Shown one piece after another: positions 51,937 to 63,091 of a stretch of 64,000 bases of DNA. The translations under genes were made by a program, and so were the position numbers. The notes beneath the pieces were generated by a model. The model was not told the origin of the DNA. It saw nothing but the letters and a program-made list of their open reading frames with translations, and ran no database searches. The stretch lies in contig JAQFVV010000006.1 in NCBI GenBank assembly GCA_028023455.1, positions 11,532,001 to 11,596,000 on the forward strand, read 5' to 3'. The DNA is from Epiperipatus broadwayi. Taxonomy: Eukaryota; Animalia; Onychophora. How positions within the stretch are numbered: position 1 is the first letter of the stretch; each line of letters begins with the position of its first letter.

Positions 51937-52439
51937 CATATACTAACCTGTATCCTATTACTAACAGTTGAATATATTTGGAATATTTAAATAAAGTTAC
52001 ATTTTTCTAAAGACATTCAATACTCATATTAGATGCTAGAAATAGTCCAATTTATACTTATCTCTCTTTACAAACCAAAGGTACTAAATGAATAAATATT
52101 TTAATGTAAATAAATATTTTAACATTATTAGCAGTTATATCAGTAGAAAAGGAATGATCCAGGCTTTCGTAGGGTAACGGTTTTAACTAAGTTAATCACT
52201 AGATCTTTACCTATGCCAAAACCTCAAATAACCATTCCATAGAGTAAATAAATATTTTGGCGCGATAAAGTTTTCACATGTGAATGATGTTATTTCACAC
52301 AGTCACAAATTATATAGTAACTAAGCAAATACATTGAAGTATAATTTGGTCATCGATGTGTTTACTAGTTTAAACATCAAAATTTGCAAATATCTAAAAG
52401 CTTAAGGTTTAACATTAGAATTAAATCATAATGCATTGA

Positions 52440-53830
52440 GAAATTTATATGTCCGATTGTTATTTAATAATACTATTTGTGAAAGAGTGGAATAAGGGTG
52501 TTTGGGAATGTGTATATAGGGATATAAATGAGTTTAGAATGAATAATTACAAAGTATTGATTTTAGATCATGTGAATGATGATATAATGAAATTGATAGT
52601 TTGGAGAATATGAGTAAAACATTTTTAAAGAGAATGCATGGGAATTGAAAATCGACAATTTAAAAAAGTATATGATAAAGAGTTTATATGATTGAGGCAG
52701 AATCTAAAGAATAACATTGATCATATGTTGGTAGACAAGAGAGATTATATAAGATAATAGAAGTGTGTCATGGAAAAGAAAATTGATATCTTAGTGATTA
52801 TAGTTTTGTGTTCGTTAGAATTAATAGTCTATTACAGGTCAAGTAATGAAATTTATAATAAAATTGATAAGGATGGGTTCAGAGATTAAGTTAAATAGAT
52901 TTAATAGTATCTTGGAAACAATTATGAAAGATGGTGATTTTAAAAGTTATGAAGAGTGGGTGGATAAGATGTAGAAGATTGGAGATAGAGGCTTATTTAA
53001 AATCAGCAGAATTAATAAGAGGAAATAGAGAGTGGAGAAACTTGAGAAAATGCAAAAGAAAGAAAACACCATAGAGATTCTAAAAAGACTAGTACTTAAA
53101 GAAAAAAACAAATAGCTGTAATAGAATTTAAGACAGACATGGAGTTAACTTAATAAGAAATTAATGGAGATAATTAACAGTGCAAGAAGAAAAGATTGTG
53201 AAATTTTTTTGAAAAATATGAAGTGAAATAAGAAGGAAAATGATGTTATATTATTAAATATAGTGAGAAAGAGCATGAGAATAGGGAATAAGTTGAAAAA
53301 TATTTAATGAATTTGTAATAAAATCTTTGTGCAAAAAAAAAATGATAAGTGAATATGATTCTTTAGACAGCCTAATTGACTAAAAGTCTTGAGTGTACTG
53401 AAAAAGGAAAAGGAAGAGGATTAAATAGTATAACAGTTGAAATGGTACTAGATAGCGGAAAATATGCAAGGTTTAGTTTAAAATAAAGTTTTAATAAAGT
53501 TACAATTGATAATGATTCCAGATGAATGGAAGAGCGTGAGAATTAGATTATTATATAATTTTAGATTGTTAACTAGCTATAAATCAGTGATAATAACTTC
53601 CATAGTTTATAGATAATCTTAATGAATGAATAGAATTAAAATTTGGATAGAAGAAATTGATTTAAAATGGATTTTGTGTCTGGGAGAAGGATAAGTGATA
53701 ATTGACTTACTGTATCTTAGTTGAATGAAATGTCGTTAAGAAAAATAAACTTGATATAGGAAAGGCTTATGATAATGTAGATAGAAATAGATCATAAAGA
53801 AGTCTTGAAAATATGGGAATAGATTTAAGG
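52440..53830 (+). mobile_element. Degraded LINE ORF2 relic (APE + RT)
   Basis: Decayed motifs DHMLVDK, GLNSITVEMV, PDEWKSVRIRLLY and KAYDNVDR on the + strand. Confidence 0.65.
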
Positions 53831-54377
53831 TTGAATGACTTTCTTTTTTCCAAAATAGTGCTCATTTTAACCATTTTTTTTGGTATATTTCCCATTTCTA
53901 AATAGTTTTTCACATTTTGTATTGATACTTAAGACTGCTGCAGAAAAAATTGACTGATTATTAATATAATTAATCAGAAAACGTGATTGTATATTTTAGT
54001 TTTAAATCACTAATTCTGATCTTAGCTTTTTAAAGAAATAATTTATGATTTTGTTTTAATTTTTTTATTTTAAGGATAACATTCTGCATAATATTTTAAA
54101 ATTCATAACACTTTATTATTATTATTATTATAATTGTATTATGTCTTCATTAGTTATGCTATATCTTCCGTCACATCTTTGAAATTTTTCACTTACATCA
54201 TTGTTCATCTGATTTGGGTGACAATTTTTGATTTTTACTTATTCTAACCATTTTTATAATAAAATAAAGCACCATGAAATTTTAACTTCTGCAAAAAATA
54301 AAAATACATATTAATAGTAATAATTTATTATTATTAATATTTTAAATATAAGTATATTGTACATATCTGGAATATAG

Positions 54378-54692
54378 ATGTAATATGGGGGATTTAAACA
54401 CAGACTTTCAAGCTCCTTTCAGCCATCCACTCATATCTCATACAACCGATACACATGACCACACACATTAAAAAGATAAACGATCTTCAATATATGTATT
54501 TCGCCTGAATCAGCACTCATCAGTTGGTTCAGATCTTCATCTCCCACATACACACATATATACTCAGTTTATATTAAGATAGCAAATCTTCACACTTCAG
54601 TGGACAAGCTTCAATTTACTCCTTCCTCCAGTTCTTCAGCCAGCCATACCATTGAAAATCTGATGATAGAACACCCAAATCCCCTTGTTAAT
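54378..54692 (-). mobile_element. HHR-bearing family B copy
   Basis: Reverse complement of 54864-55163. HHR at 54487-54527: CCAA CUGAUGA GUGCU-GAUUC-AGGC GAAA UACAUA UA^ UUGA. Confidence 0.8.
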
Positions 54693-54834
54693 GACAATAT
54701 TATTGTCATGCCCATGTTGACCTTAAGTCACCCTGACTCTCATGTATAGAACAAAAGTAGGATCAATAGGATACAAGCTATACTTGTAATATTTTAAATA
54801 CAAATATATTTCACTTCACTTACCTGGAGTCTAA

Positions 54835-55163
54835 ATGTAATATGGTGGATTTGGACACGGACTTTAACAAGGGATTTGGGCATTCCATCATCAGATTTTC
54901 AATGGTATGGATGACTGAAAAGTTTGAGGGTGAAATAGATTGAAGCCTGTTCATTAAAGTGTGAAGATTTGCTGCTATTAAATATAAACCGAATACTGAT
55001 TATTTATATGTGTGGAAGAGGGTGATCTGGACCAACTGATGAGAGCTAGTTCAGTACGAAATATATATATTGGAGCTCATCTTTTTCACGTGTGTGGTCA
55101 TGGGTATCGAGTAGATAGCTGAAGGAGCTTGAAAGTCTGTGTTCAAATCTGCCACCATAGCTA
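54835..55163 (+). mobile_element. HHR-bearing family B copy with a short inverted 5' tail
   Basis: 54835-54863 is an inverted copy of the element's 3' end (55135-55163). Contains the HHR at 55032-55073. Confidence 0.8.
55032..55073 (+). ncRNA. Minimal type I hammerhead ribozyme (family B)
   Basis: CCAA CUGAUGA GAGCU-AGUUC-AGUAC GAAA UAUAUA UA^ UUGG. 4-bp stem I, palindromic AU stem III, one mismatch in stem II. Confidence 0.8.
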
Positions 55164-55164
55164 C

Positions 55165-55520
55165 TAGGATATCACAACACAGGTATAGATACAATAAGGC
55201 ACATACAGATCCAGAATGCACTTCAGTTTTTGCTCAGCATCAAAAATTGTCGGGACATGTGTTCGAACCCACATCTGCAAAACTGGTTTGTACTGAGCGA
55301 CATGATGTTAGGCGAAAAGTAAAAGAAGCATACTTTATAGTAGAGGACTCTTTTGCCATTAATCATAAGGATGCATGTTTTGCGATATCTAAAAAATGAT
55401 CTTAGTGACTCATTTGCATATAATTTGCATATCAGATTTATTTATATAATGATTTCAAAGAAGGGATCATAACTGGCTATGAATATGAGAAGTACATCTT
55501 CTTGAAAGCGCTTAGCCATT
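55165..55520 (+). mobile_element. PLE 3' fragment (GIY-YIG C-terminus + 3' UTR with atypical HHR)
   Basis: ISQHRYRYNKAHTDPECTSVFAQHQKLSGHVFEP...ERHDVRRKVKEAYFIVEDSFAINHKD. Homologous to the EN ends of the 17.6-19.8 kb and 48-51 kb PLEs. Confidence 0.85.
55474..55518 (+). ncRNA. Atypical hammerhead (A3-U8 core)
   Basis: UGGCU AUGAAUA U GAGAAG-UACAU-CUUCUU GAAA GCGC UU^ AGCCA. 5-bp stem I, 6-bp stem II, and the same AAGCGCUU palindrome as 48460 and 50947. Confidence 0.75.
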
Positions 55521-56496
55521 TAATTTAATTTTCAATTTGTTGTTATAGCTTTACGTTAGAAGTGTGAAAGCACGATTTAGTAGTATTATTATTAATATAA
55601 TTACTTATTTATTTTTAATGAAGTTAATATGAGATTTATCTCAAATACAATGTAACAAAATAAATATATGCAAAAAACATATGGAGCAAAGCTTTAATGA
55701 ATAGTTTAACTTAATGTACTTAGCTAGCGTTCGTCTGGTGTCACAACATACATCACAAATGTTGTTATAGCATCTAACCAATTTTCATGAAAATATTAAT
55801 ATCAACAGTTTAATTTTTATGAGTATCAATCAGTTTAATACTTCTAAATACAGACGGTTCTCAACTTTCTTACCTGATTGGTCACTAAAACATGTAAGAA
55901 AGTAGAGCAATGTAAAAAAAAATATATATAAAAAAAGTGTTTTTAAAATATAGATTTTTTAATGAGGTGTATTAGCATATACATAAATAATACTATTGAT
56001 TAGTATCTGGTGTTTTCTTTAAAAATTTATCCCGAGATAGTTGAATTGTACTCTTTTTTTTATTTTCTTGATAAAAAGTTCTATAACATGCTTTATCTTT
56101 TTCTATTGCCCTCGTAAGAAATAGTGAATTGTATGAACGTAGAATGTATGAAAGTTGATGACCTCCTGTATATCAATTCTTTTTTTAAAACTGATTTATC
56201 TTTTTATATCTGATTAATTCGAGCTGTTTTTGTATTTACTATTTCAAAGTTAAATTTAGTGTAATATTTCTCCACACCTAAAATATTTTTTATTTTAAAT
56301 ATATGCAATTTTAAAATAGTAATTTCTGAAAGTTTTATAATTTATTTAAATTTTATGTAATTAATGGTTTTTCAAAATGTTTTTTTTCTTTATTGAATTA
56401 ATATATTCTCTGTCTTTTCATTAATCAAAAATTTAAATTCATACAATTTTCTTTTTTTTTTTAACGTTTAATTTTAAAATGTATTTTTATTTGTAG

Positions 56497-56564
56497 AAGT
56501 GGTCCTAAAATTTAAATCTTTGAAAAAGAATGTCCCTACAACTCTAGCTGTTAGCTTGGAAAAG
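56497..56564 (+). CDS. NF1: Neurofibromin exon: (E)VVLKFKSLKKNVPTTLAVSLEK
   Basis: ttgtag acceptor, AAG/gtaata donor, 68 nt. Matches ETAFKFKALKKVAQLAVINSLEK. Confidence 0.95.
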
Positions 56565-56658
56565 GTAATAATAAATTAGATATATGTATGTAAGGAAGAA
56601 AAATATCAAACAGTTTTATAATATATTTTTATTTCTGTGAATATAAATTTTTATTTAG

Positions 56659-56734
56659 GCAATTTGGAATTGGATGGATACTTATCCAGAAGAATTTTCT
56701 GAGCTTCAGAAAAATCCATGCGAAGATTTATCAG
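56659..56734 (+). CDS. NF1: Neurofibromin exon: AIWNWMDTYPEEFSELQKNPCEDLS(E)
   Basis: tttag acceptor, G/gtaatt donor, 76 nt. Matches AFWNWVENYPDEFTKLYQ. Confidence 0.97.
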
Positions 56735-59700
56735 GTAATTTTAACAAAATAAATTATTGGCAATTTTCCGCTTATTATTATTTCTATTGTTTTCTTTAGA
56801 TGTATATGAAAATGAAATATGCAGCGGATTCACAATATCAGCTATATTTTGTTCCAAGTCCCTAAATACATTGTACATCACCAAAATAGCTCATATTTTG
56901 TTGATATACTTTGATTAGAACAAAATATGTATTGTTTATTCAACTCTTAAGTATACAGTTTTTTCAACACGCGTATATATATAACAGAGATACATTTAAG
57001 TTATGTATACATAGTTGTCAATAATAAATTGAGGCGACACATTTACATATATTTTTTACTGAGCACATATTCTCTTATTCATTCACTGAAAAAAATAAAC
57101 ATGAAAAATAATGTACCATATTTTTAAAATAAAATAAATAGTGAAATGTCTAATTACCTCTGAGCAATATATATATATTTTTTTCCAATAAAGTTTTTCT
57201 CTAATAGAAATGTAATAGTACTGTCATTAAGAAGAAACTATAATCTCTAATTGTTTTGATGTCTTTAAGTCAGTATCAATTTTAAATATGATCTAAATTT
57301 TCTAAAATCTTTTAGCATTACTCTTAGAAAATATTTTATTCCGCGCACATACTACATTTTAAATTTGGAAATGATAATAAAGGAAGAATAAAATGAATAT
57401 GCTTTCAATATAAATATGAAGAAATTTTACTAATAAACAAGATCTCATGCACCGTTCAAGATGGAAAAATAGTTGCCGGCATATTATGAAATTTATTTAC
57501 AAATTTTAATTCTTTTTTTTTTTAAAAGTAATACCATGGTGGCTTATAGAGGGAAAAATATCTTCTCATATATCAGGAAATGTATTAAGTTTACAAATTT
57601 TAATGGTTTTTTTTGTTTGTTTACTTTTTTTTTTAAATTGCATATAATTGAAGTTGTGTATATTGATCCAGCCTAGTTCATAGCTTCACTGTATATTGTA
57701 GAGACAACTTTATGTTTTGAACTAAAATAAGTAAAATAATTTTGAAATACTGTTGATGTATTGGTGGTATAGTGAAGTGCCTCATAGTATAGAAGGATCA
57801 TATCTGCATACCATGTCTACTAGAGTTCACATCTGTAATAAAGTAAATTTTTTTTAGGAGGCTTAGAATTTTTCTGGAAATAGTGGCCTATAACCAATCT
57901 AGTTAAAGTCTAACATTGTTCGTAAATGGATATTTTATTGGGCAATATCGGGAATACTAAAATTTTAACATTTTAGAATACTTACATATGGTAGGGATTT
58001 TGCAATAATTTCCACTCTGATAATGAATTGAGTTTAATTTCTTAAGCCTTATTAAGCTATCCATTACAATATAAGCTTTCACTGTGAATATCAATCATTT
58101 TCATCAAATCAATTTATTCTAATTTTTTTTTGATGACTTTTATTATGAACTGCAATTTTTATTTTTAGTATTTTATGCCATTTTCATTTCTTATATATTT
58201 TAATTTTATTTTATCAAAATAAGATTAAAACAATATATTTTGAAGTTTAATTTTAAAATGTTAGACTCTTTATTAATGACATATTCTATCCCTTTTCCCT
58301 TGACTGATTTGGCATAGTAGACTCAGTAATAAATAATTATTCAATATTTTCTAGAAGTTTACGACTGGATGATTATGAAATTTGAATGTTTTTTTTTTTT
58401 TAATAATTTTGCAGTAATTCCCCTGCCCTCCACTTATTATTATTTTTGATTTTATTCATAGACAAATAATAAAATGAAATAAAAGAATTTTGAATAATTA
58501 TAAAACTGCACTGTTGGAAAACATATTTTTTATTTATTTAAATAAAGTTTATTTTTAGATCTGTATAATATATGCAGGCATACATTATATAGTTTTTTTC
58601 CGGAAAGTAGGTAACTCTACAAAACTTATTGTTAAATGAAATTGAGTATTAATTATACAAATTATCAAGCTAATGAAGAGATGAATTGAAAGTATCAAAA
58701 AGGAGAATAGGATAGAATAGTCGAGACTAGTCAGGAAGCTAATAGTATATAACATAAAGGGAGATTAGTCAAAAAACTGCTGGCTATATGTAAATTAAAG
58801 ATGATCTTGTATTTAACAAATAGCAGAGTGCTGTCACGTGGTTAAGGATAATGTATTTCTCAGAAAGGAGGAATGATAGTGCTAAAGTTTAGCAGTATAC
58901 ATTAATGGTGGATAACTAAGAGTTGATGATACTTATGAATAGACTTTAAAAGATTAGTTAAAATGATTTGCAGTGTGTTGGAAGTGAAGTATTTTTCCAC
59001 GCATAAGGTTATTCTGATGTTCTTGTTACAAAGTCGAGGGTTAATTCTTTCTGTTAAACTACTATTTATTATTCAATGTATTCGTTTTATTCATAGACTT
59101 CAGCATAGAAAAATAAACTTGCTGAAACAAATAAAAGTTTTTGTATGATTTAATTATTATTGAAGTTGACACAACTTGAAAACAAAAAAAAAAAAATTGA
59201 CAATCTTGATTTAAACATTAGAACTACAATTAGAATATGTAACTTAAGTTGAAAATATGATTAACAAGTGTGAAAGTAAATGTTAAATCTTTAATATATC
59301 TTTGCAAAAAAAAAATAAATAATGCAAGAGGCTATTAGATAGCAATGATATTAGTAATGAGTCATTTATATATTTTATAACTGTTGAAGAATATACTTTT
59401 CTTTGAGTTATTTTTTAATGATATTTTTTAATTTGATTACAGCTGTGCATTTTGTACATTTCAAACCATTTTAAAGGTAACTTTGGCTTCTGATAGCTTA
59501 CTGAGGCATTTTTTTTTGCTGAGTCATTATAATCAGTGAATAAAGTATAATTATACAATTATGGACTACAGTAGCACTATATTAACATAAACTACTTTAT
59601 TTATATACTATTCTAAATATATATTTATAAAATAAATCATTGAAATTTATAACTCGGCATGGTGGCAGCCATTTTTTTTTTATCTTGGAAAACTCTCACT

Positions 59701-59929
59701 AAATGTAATATATTCAAAAATTGCAATCTTAACACCTTTCGTGAAGTATTATTAGCCACATTTTTTGTGCGATTTAAATAAATTAAAAGTATATGTATTT
59801 TGTTCTCTACATAATGCACTATTTTGTTTAATGAAATGTTTTCTAAGTGTAAAGCTAACAATTTATCAAAATTTAAGGAAATTCATAGTGATAAAATGAA
59901 ACTTACCCATTTACTAATAAAATTAAGAA

Positions 59930-60290
59930 AACGTCACATTTCAAACTGGCTGTCTCTTCAAAAACTATTAATTGTTTATTAGAGAAAAGAGAATAGTAAA
60001 TTTTGGCCAAATGATTCCTGTACCCTTAAAACTGCTAAAGTTGTAACTATGTTAAAATAAAGTTTTTTTGTTGATAAAAACTGAAAAAGCATTGAATTTA
60101 TGGATAGAAGGTATTCAGAAGAACATTATTGTAGAAGGCCTTGTATTATATTTAAAACTAGTTAATTGAGAATCTGAAAAGGTTTATTCCAAATCATTGC
60201 AAGTATGAGATTGTTGAATAGATTCCTAAATTAATACAAACTTAAAAACATCAAAGCAATTAGAGAGGCTGTAATAAGGTTACTATTACA
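59930..60290 (+). mobile_element. Tigger/pogo transposase relic (CENP-B HTH region)
   Basis: Decayed EKALNLWIEG...LLNRFL..YKLKNIKAIREA, resembling the Tigger ALxLWIE...WFxRFKxRxxLKNIKxxGEA pattern. Confidence 0.6.
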
Positions 60291-60329
60291 TTTCCAGTAT
60301 AATTGAGAGAAAAGAGCCTCATTCACTTA

Positions 60330-61449
60330 TAAGTTCTCTGTTTAATTAAAACTATTAAAAATGGACCAAGTACTTAAAAGAGTTACAAAGATAGTCAACT
60401 TTATTCGATCGAGAGCACTTAACTATCACCAATTTACTTGGTTCTTTAAAGATTTAGAATTCGAATTCAACGATCTATCTTATTACACAGAAGTTTGTTG
60501 GTTGTCCTGCCACAATGTCCTAAAGAGCTTTTATCTGAATTTTGGAGGAAATAATAGTAATTTTTGAAATGAAAGATGAAAACAAAAATATATTGGTTAT
60601 AAAAGACCATTGTGGGTACAAGACCTAGCATTTTTAACAGTTATTACAGGTTATCTGAATAATCTTAATATTACATTGCATGGCAAAGATCTATTGATAA
60701 TGAACATGTACGATGCAGTTGCAAGCTTTGTATAAAAACTGAATTTGTTTAAAAATCATTTGCAAAAGAATGTTTTGACGTACTTTCCTATGTGTGAGCA
60801 GTTAAAAGCACAAAATCCAAGTTGCTTGTTTTCACAATACCCTGCAAAAATTGAAAAAAAAAAAAAACGAATTCGATAAATGTTTGATGATTTCAAGGAG
60901 TTAGAAGAAATTTTTTCTTTTTTTAACGGACCTTTTGCCTTTGAAGTTGAAAAAGCTCCGACTTTGATATAACTTGAATTTATTGATTTCCAGAATGATT
61001 CAATTTTAAAAAACCAATATTGAGAAATAGGAACTCCCAAAATATATTCTTATTAGGTGAAAAATATCCGGAAATTAAAAAGTTTTCTTCACAAATTTTA
61101 TGCTTTTGTGGAAGTACATACTTATGTGAGCAATTATTTTCATGCATGAAATTAAATAAAACTGCTTACAGATCAAGATTAACTGATAAACATTTATCTG
61201 CCATAATGAAAATTGTTTTATAAATCTGTAATCAAATAAAATAAATGTTTAAATAAAAGCAGTACTATATCAATTGTATATTATTGAACTGAATTCACTA
61301 AACTATATAATATGCTTTAATTACCCTACCTATATTCCTGCATTCTCACTTCAAAATAAAATTTAAAAAAAAATTTGTGTGATGTGGTCTGCGAGAATTT
61401 TACCAGTCTCATTAAATGGCCCATTGTTTGAATGAGTTTGACATGCCTG
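60330..61449 (+). mobile_element. hAT (SPIN/GTF2IRD2-like) transposase relic with 3' TIR
   Basis: KIVNFIRSRALN..QF....L...TEVCWLS, LAFL..IT.YLN.LN..L.GK, and GSTYLCEQLFSCMKLNKTAYRSRLTDKHL dimerization motif. The right end is GAGTTTGACATGCCTG. Confidence 0.88.
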
Positions 61450-62310
61450 ATTTAAATGAACTTATCTTTTGTTATATCAATGTCAATGTATTCTGTCAGA
61501 TCATTTTTTGTGTCGCAAAATAGATTGGTGTTGATATAACAAAAGGTGGGCATTATTTGCAAGTCCATTTAAATGATTCAGTCGGAATCTAGCTTGTGAA
61601 TTTTCTTAGTAATGTATTCAGAACTTGTTCCACGAACAGGTTATATTCTAAACATTATATATTTGATAAGCTGGAAAATTATCATGTGCTCATTAAAATC
61701 ATTAGAATATATATACGTTTGCGCTGAAAACTGCTGTAGAATGCATATTGTCAACAAAACATTATCAACAAAGCATGAACTATTATCCATTAATTCATAC
61801 TATTTGCTAGAGGGCTTGGAACAAAATGTGGCAGATGTGGGATTCCATTGTATTTTTAGAAAACAAAAATGATAAATATTGTAAAAAAGATTAGCATTTA
61901 ATTATATCGATTGAATTCATATTACTGATATCGCAATTAGTCAATAGGTAGGAAGTTCAAACGATCAGAATTTTATAGAAATATGGAATACATTAAATAT
62001 CAGCCTTTTACAGCTATTATACATGAGCTTTTACGAGTGTTAAATAATAAATGAATACTTTCACTGCCAATACAAGATATAGCATTTAAGAAAGAATAAA
62101 ATGAATCACTTATTCTTTCCATATATGGGCAAATCTTAAGTACTGGCAAAGAAAGCGGCTTTAAGTTTATTTTATTAAAATATAAAATGTTCAATGATTT
62201 TTTGTTATAAAGTTAATCTTAAATTAGGAGAATGAAAGAAAGGGAATACATTGTGATATTACTTTTTTTACAAAAGATATACAATAATTTATTTATTTAT
62301 TTTTTTTTAG

Positions 62311-62417
62311 AATGTTGTGAAAAACTTTTTGATTTATTGGACATTTTTGTTGGAGACAATTCAAAAAGGAAAGCTGCCATCTGGCCATTACAAATGATGT
62401 TGTTAGTTTTATGTACA
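62311..62417 (+). CDS. NF1: Neurofibromin exon: (E)CCEKLFDLLDIFVGDNSKRKAAIWPLQMMLLVLCT
   Basis: poly-T-ag acceptor, gtaagt donor, 107 nt. Matches ECAEKLFDLVDGFAESTKRKAAVWPLQIILLILC. Confidence 0.97.
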
Positions 62418-63025
62418 GTAAGTAATTTACTAAATGAACCATGATATTGTGTATATGTGCTTGTATGTGTATATGTGGCACATTATCGTATTGTAATAAA
62501 GATATATCATCAGATAAAGTATTATTCATACACATACATCATTAGTTATCTGTTAGAAAGTAAACTTTATACGTCAGTTTGACGATCTTTTCCCAGTCTT
62601 ATTGTTTTTTGCTTTATTTTTCAAATTCTCAAACCTAGTTTTTTCTCTTATGCTATCAATTAATTAATGTATTTTTTTTACTTCTTTCCAATAGATCTAG
62701 ACCTATCTGCATATGACCTTTTGGTGCATATATATGAAGTATATGTGGCATTTGAAGGATTAAAAAAAATTGTGTGTATATATATTATAACAGGTCTGTT
62801 ATATGGCATACAATAATATAATGTGTGTGCACAAATATATATAAAGTTAAAAAGAAAAGTGGAAATAAACACATAAATTTTTGTAGATATTTTCTACATT
62901 TCCTGGAATAAAAATAATAAATAAAAGGTTAAATAACTCTGGATCTAAAACATACAGTACTTTTACATCTTTATTAGTTTTAATTATTTACCAGTAGTAT
63001 TAATGTTTTTTTATTTTTTGCTTAG

Positions 63026-63091
63026 AAAATTTTAGAAGAAATAGTAAATGCGGATTTCGGTGCTCCATGTTCTCCGAAACATAGTAAAAAG
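63026..63091 (+). CDS. NF1: Neurofibromin exon: KILEEIVNADFGAPCSPKHSKK (gene continues beyond the window)
   Basis: cttag acceptor, AAG/gtaaat donor, 66 nt, in frame. Resembles the arthropod-type NF1 segment LEEIVNADxGAPCSP as I recall it. Confidence 0.93.

Larger units (their letters stand above)
51430..51960 (+). mobile_element. Penelope/Poseidon-type PLE 3' relic (EN C-terminus, tRNA-like module, HHR relic)
   Basis: LQEHKQMIRREKTDGSKVADH...WENIKILDREE...KFKEVAHMTIANNSIIQPSMTIHSIWKLL, followed by the HHR relic at 51894-51936. Confidence 0.8.
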
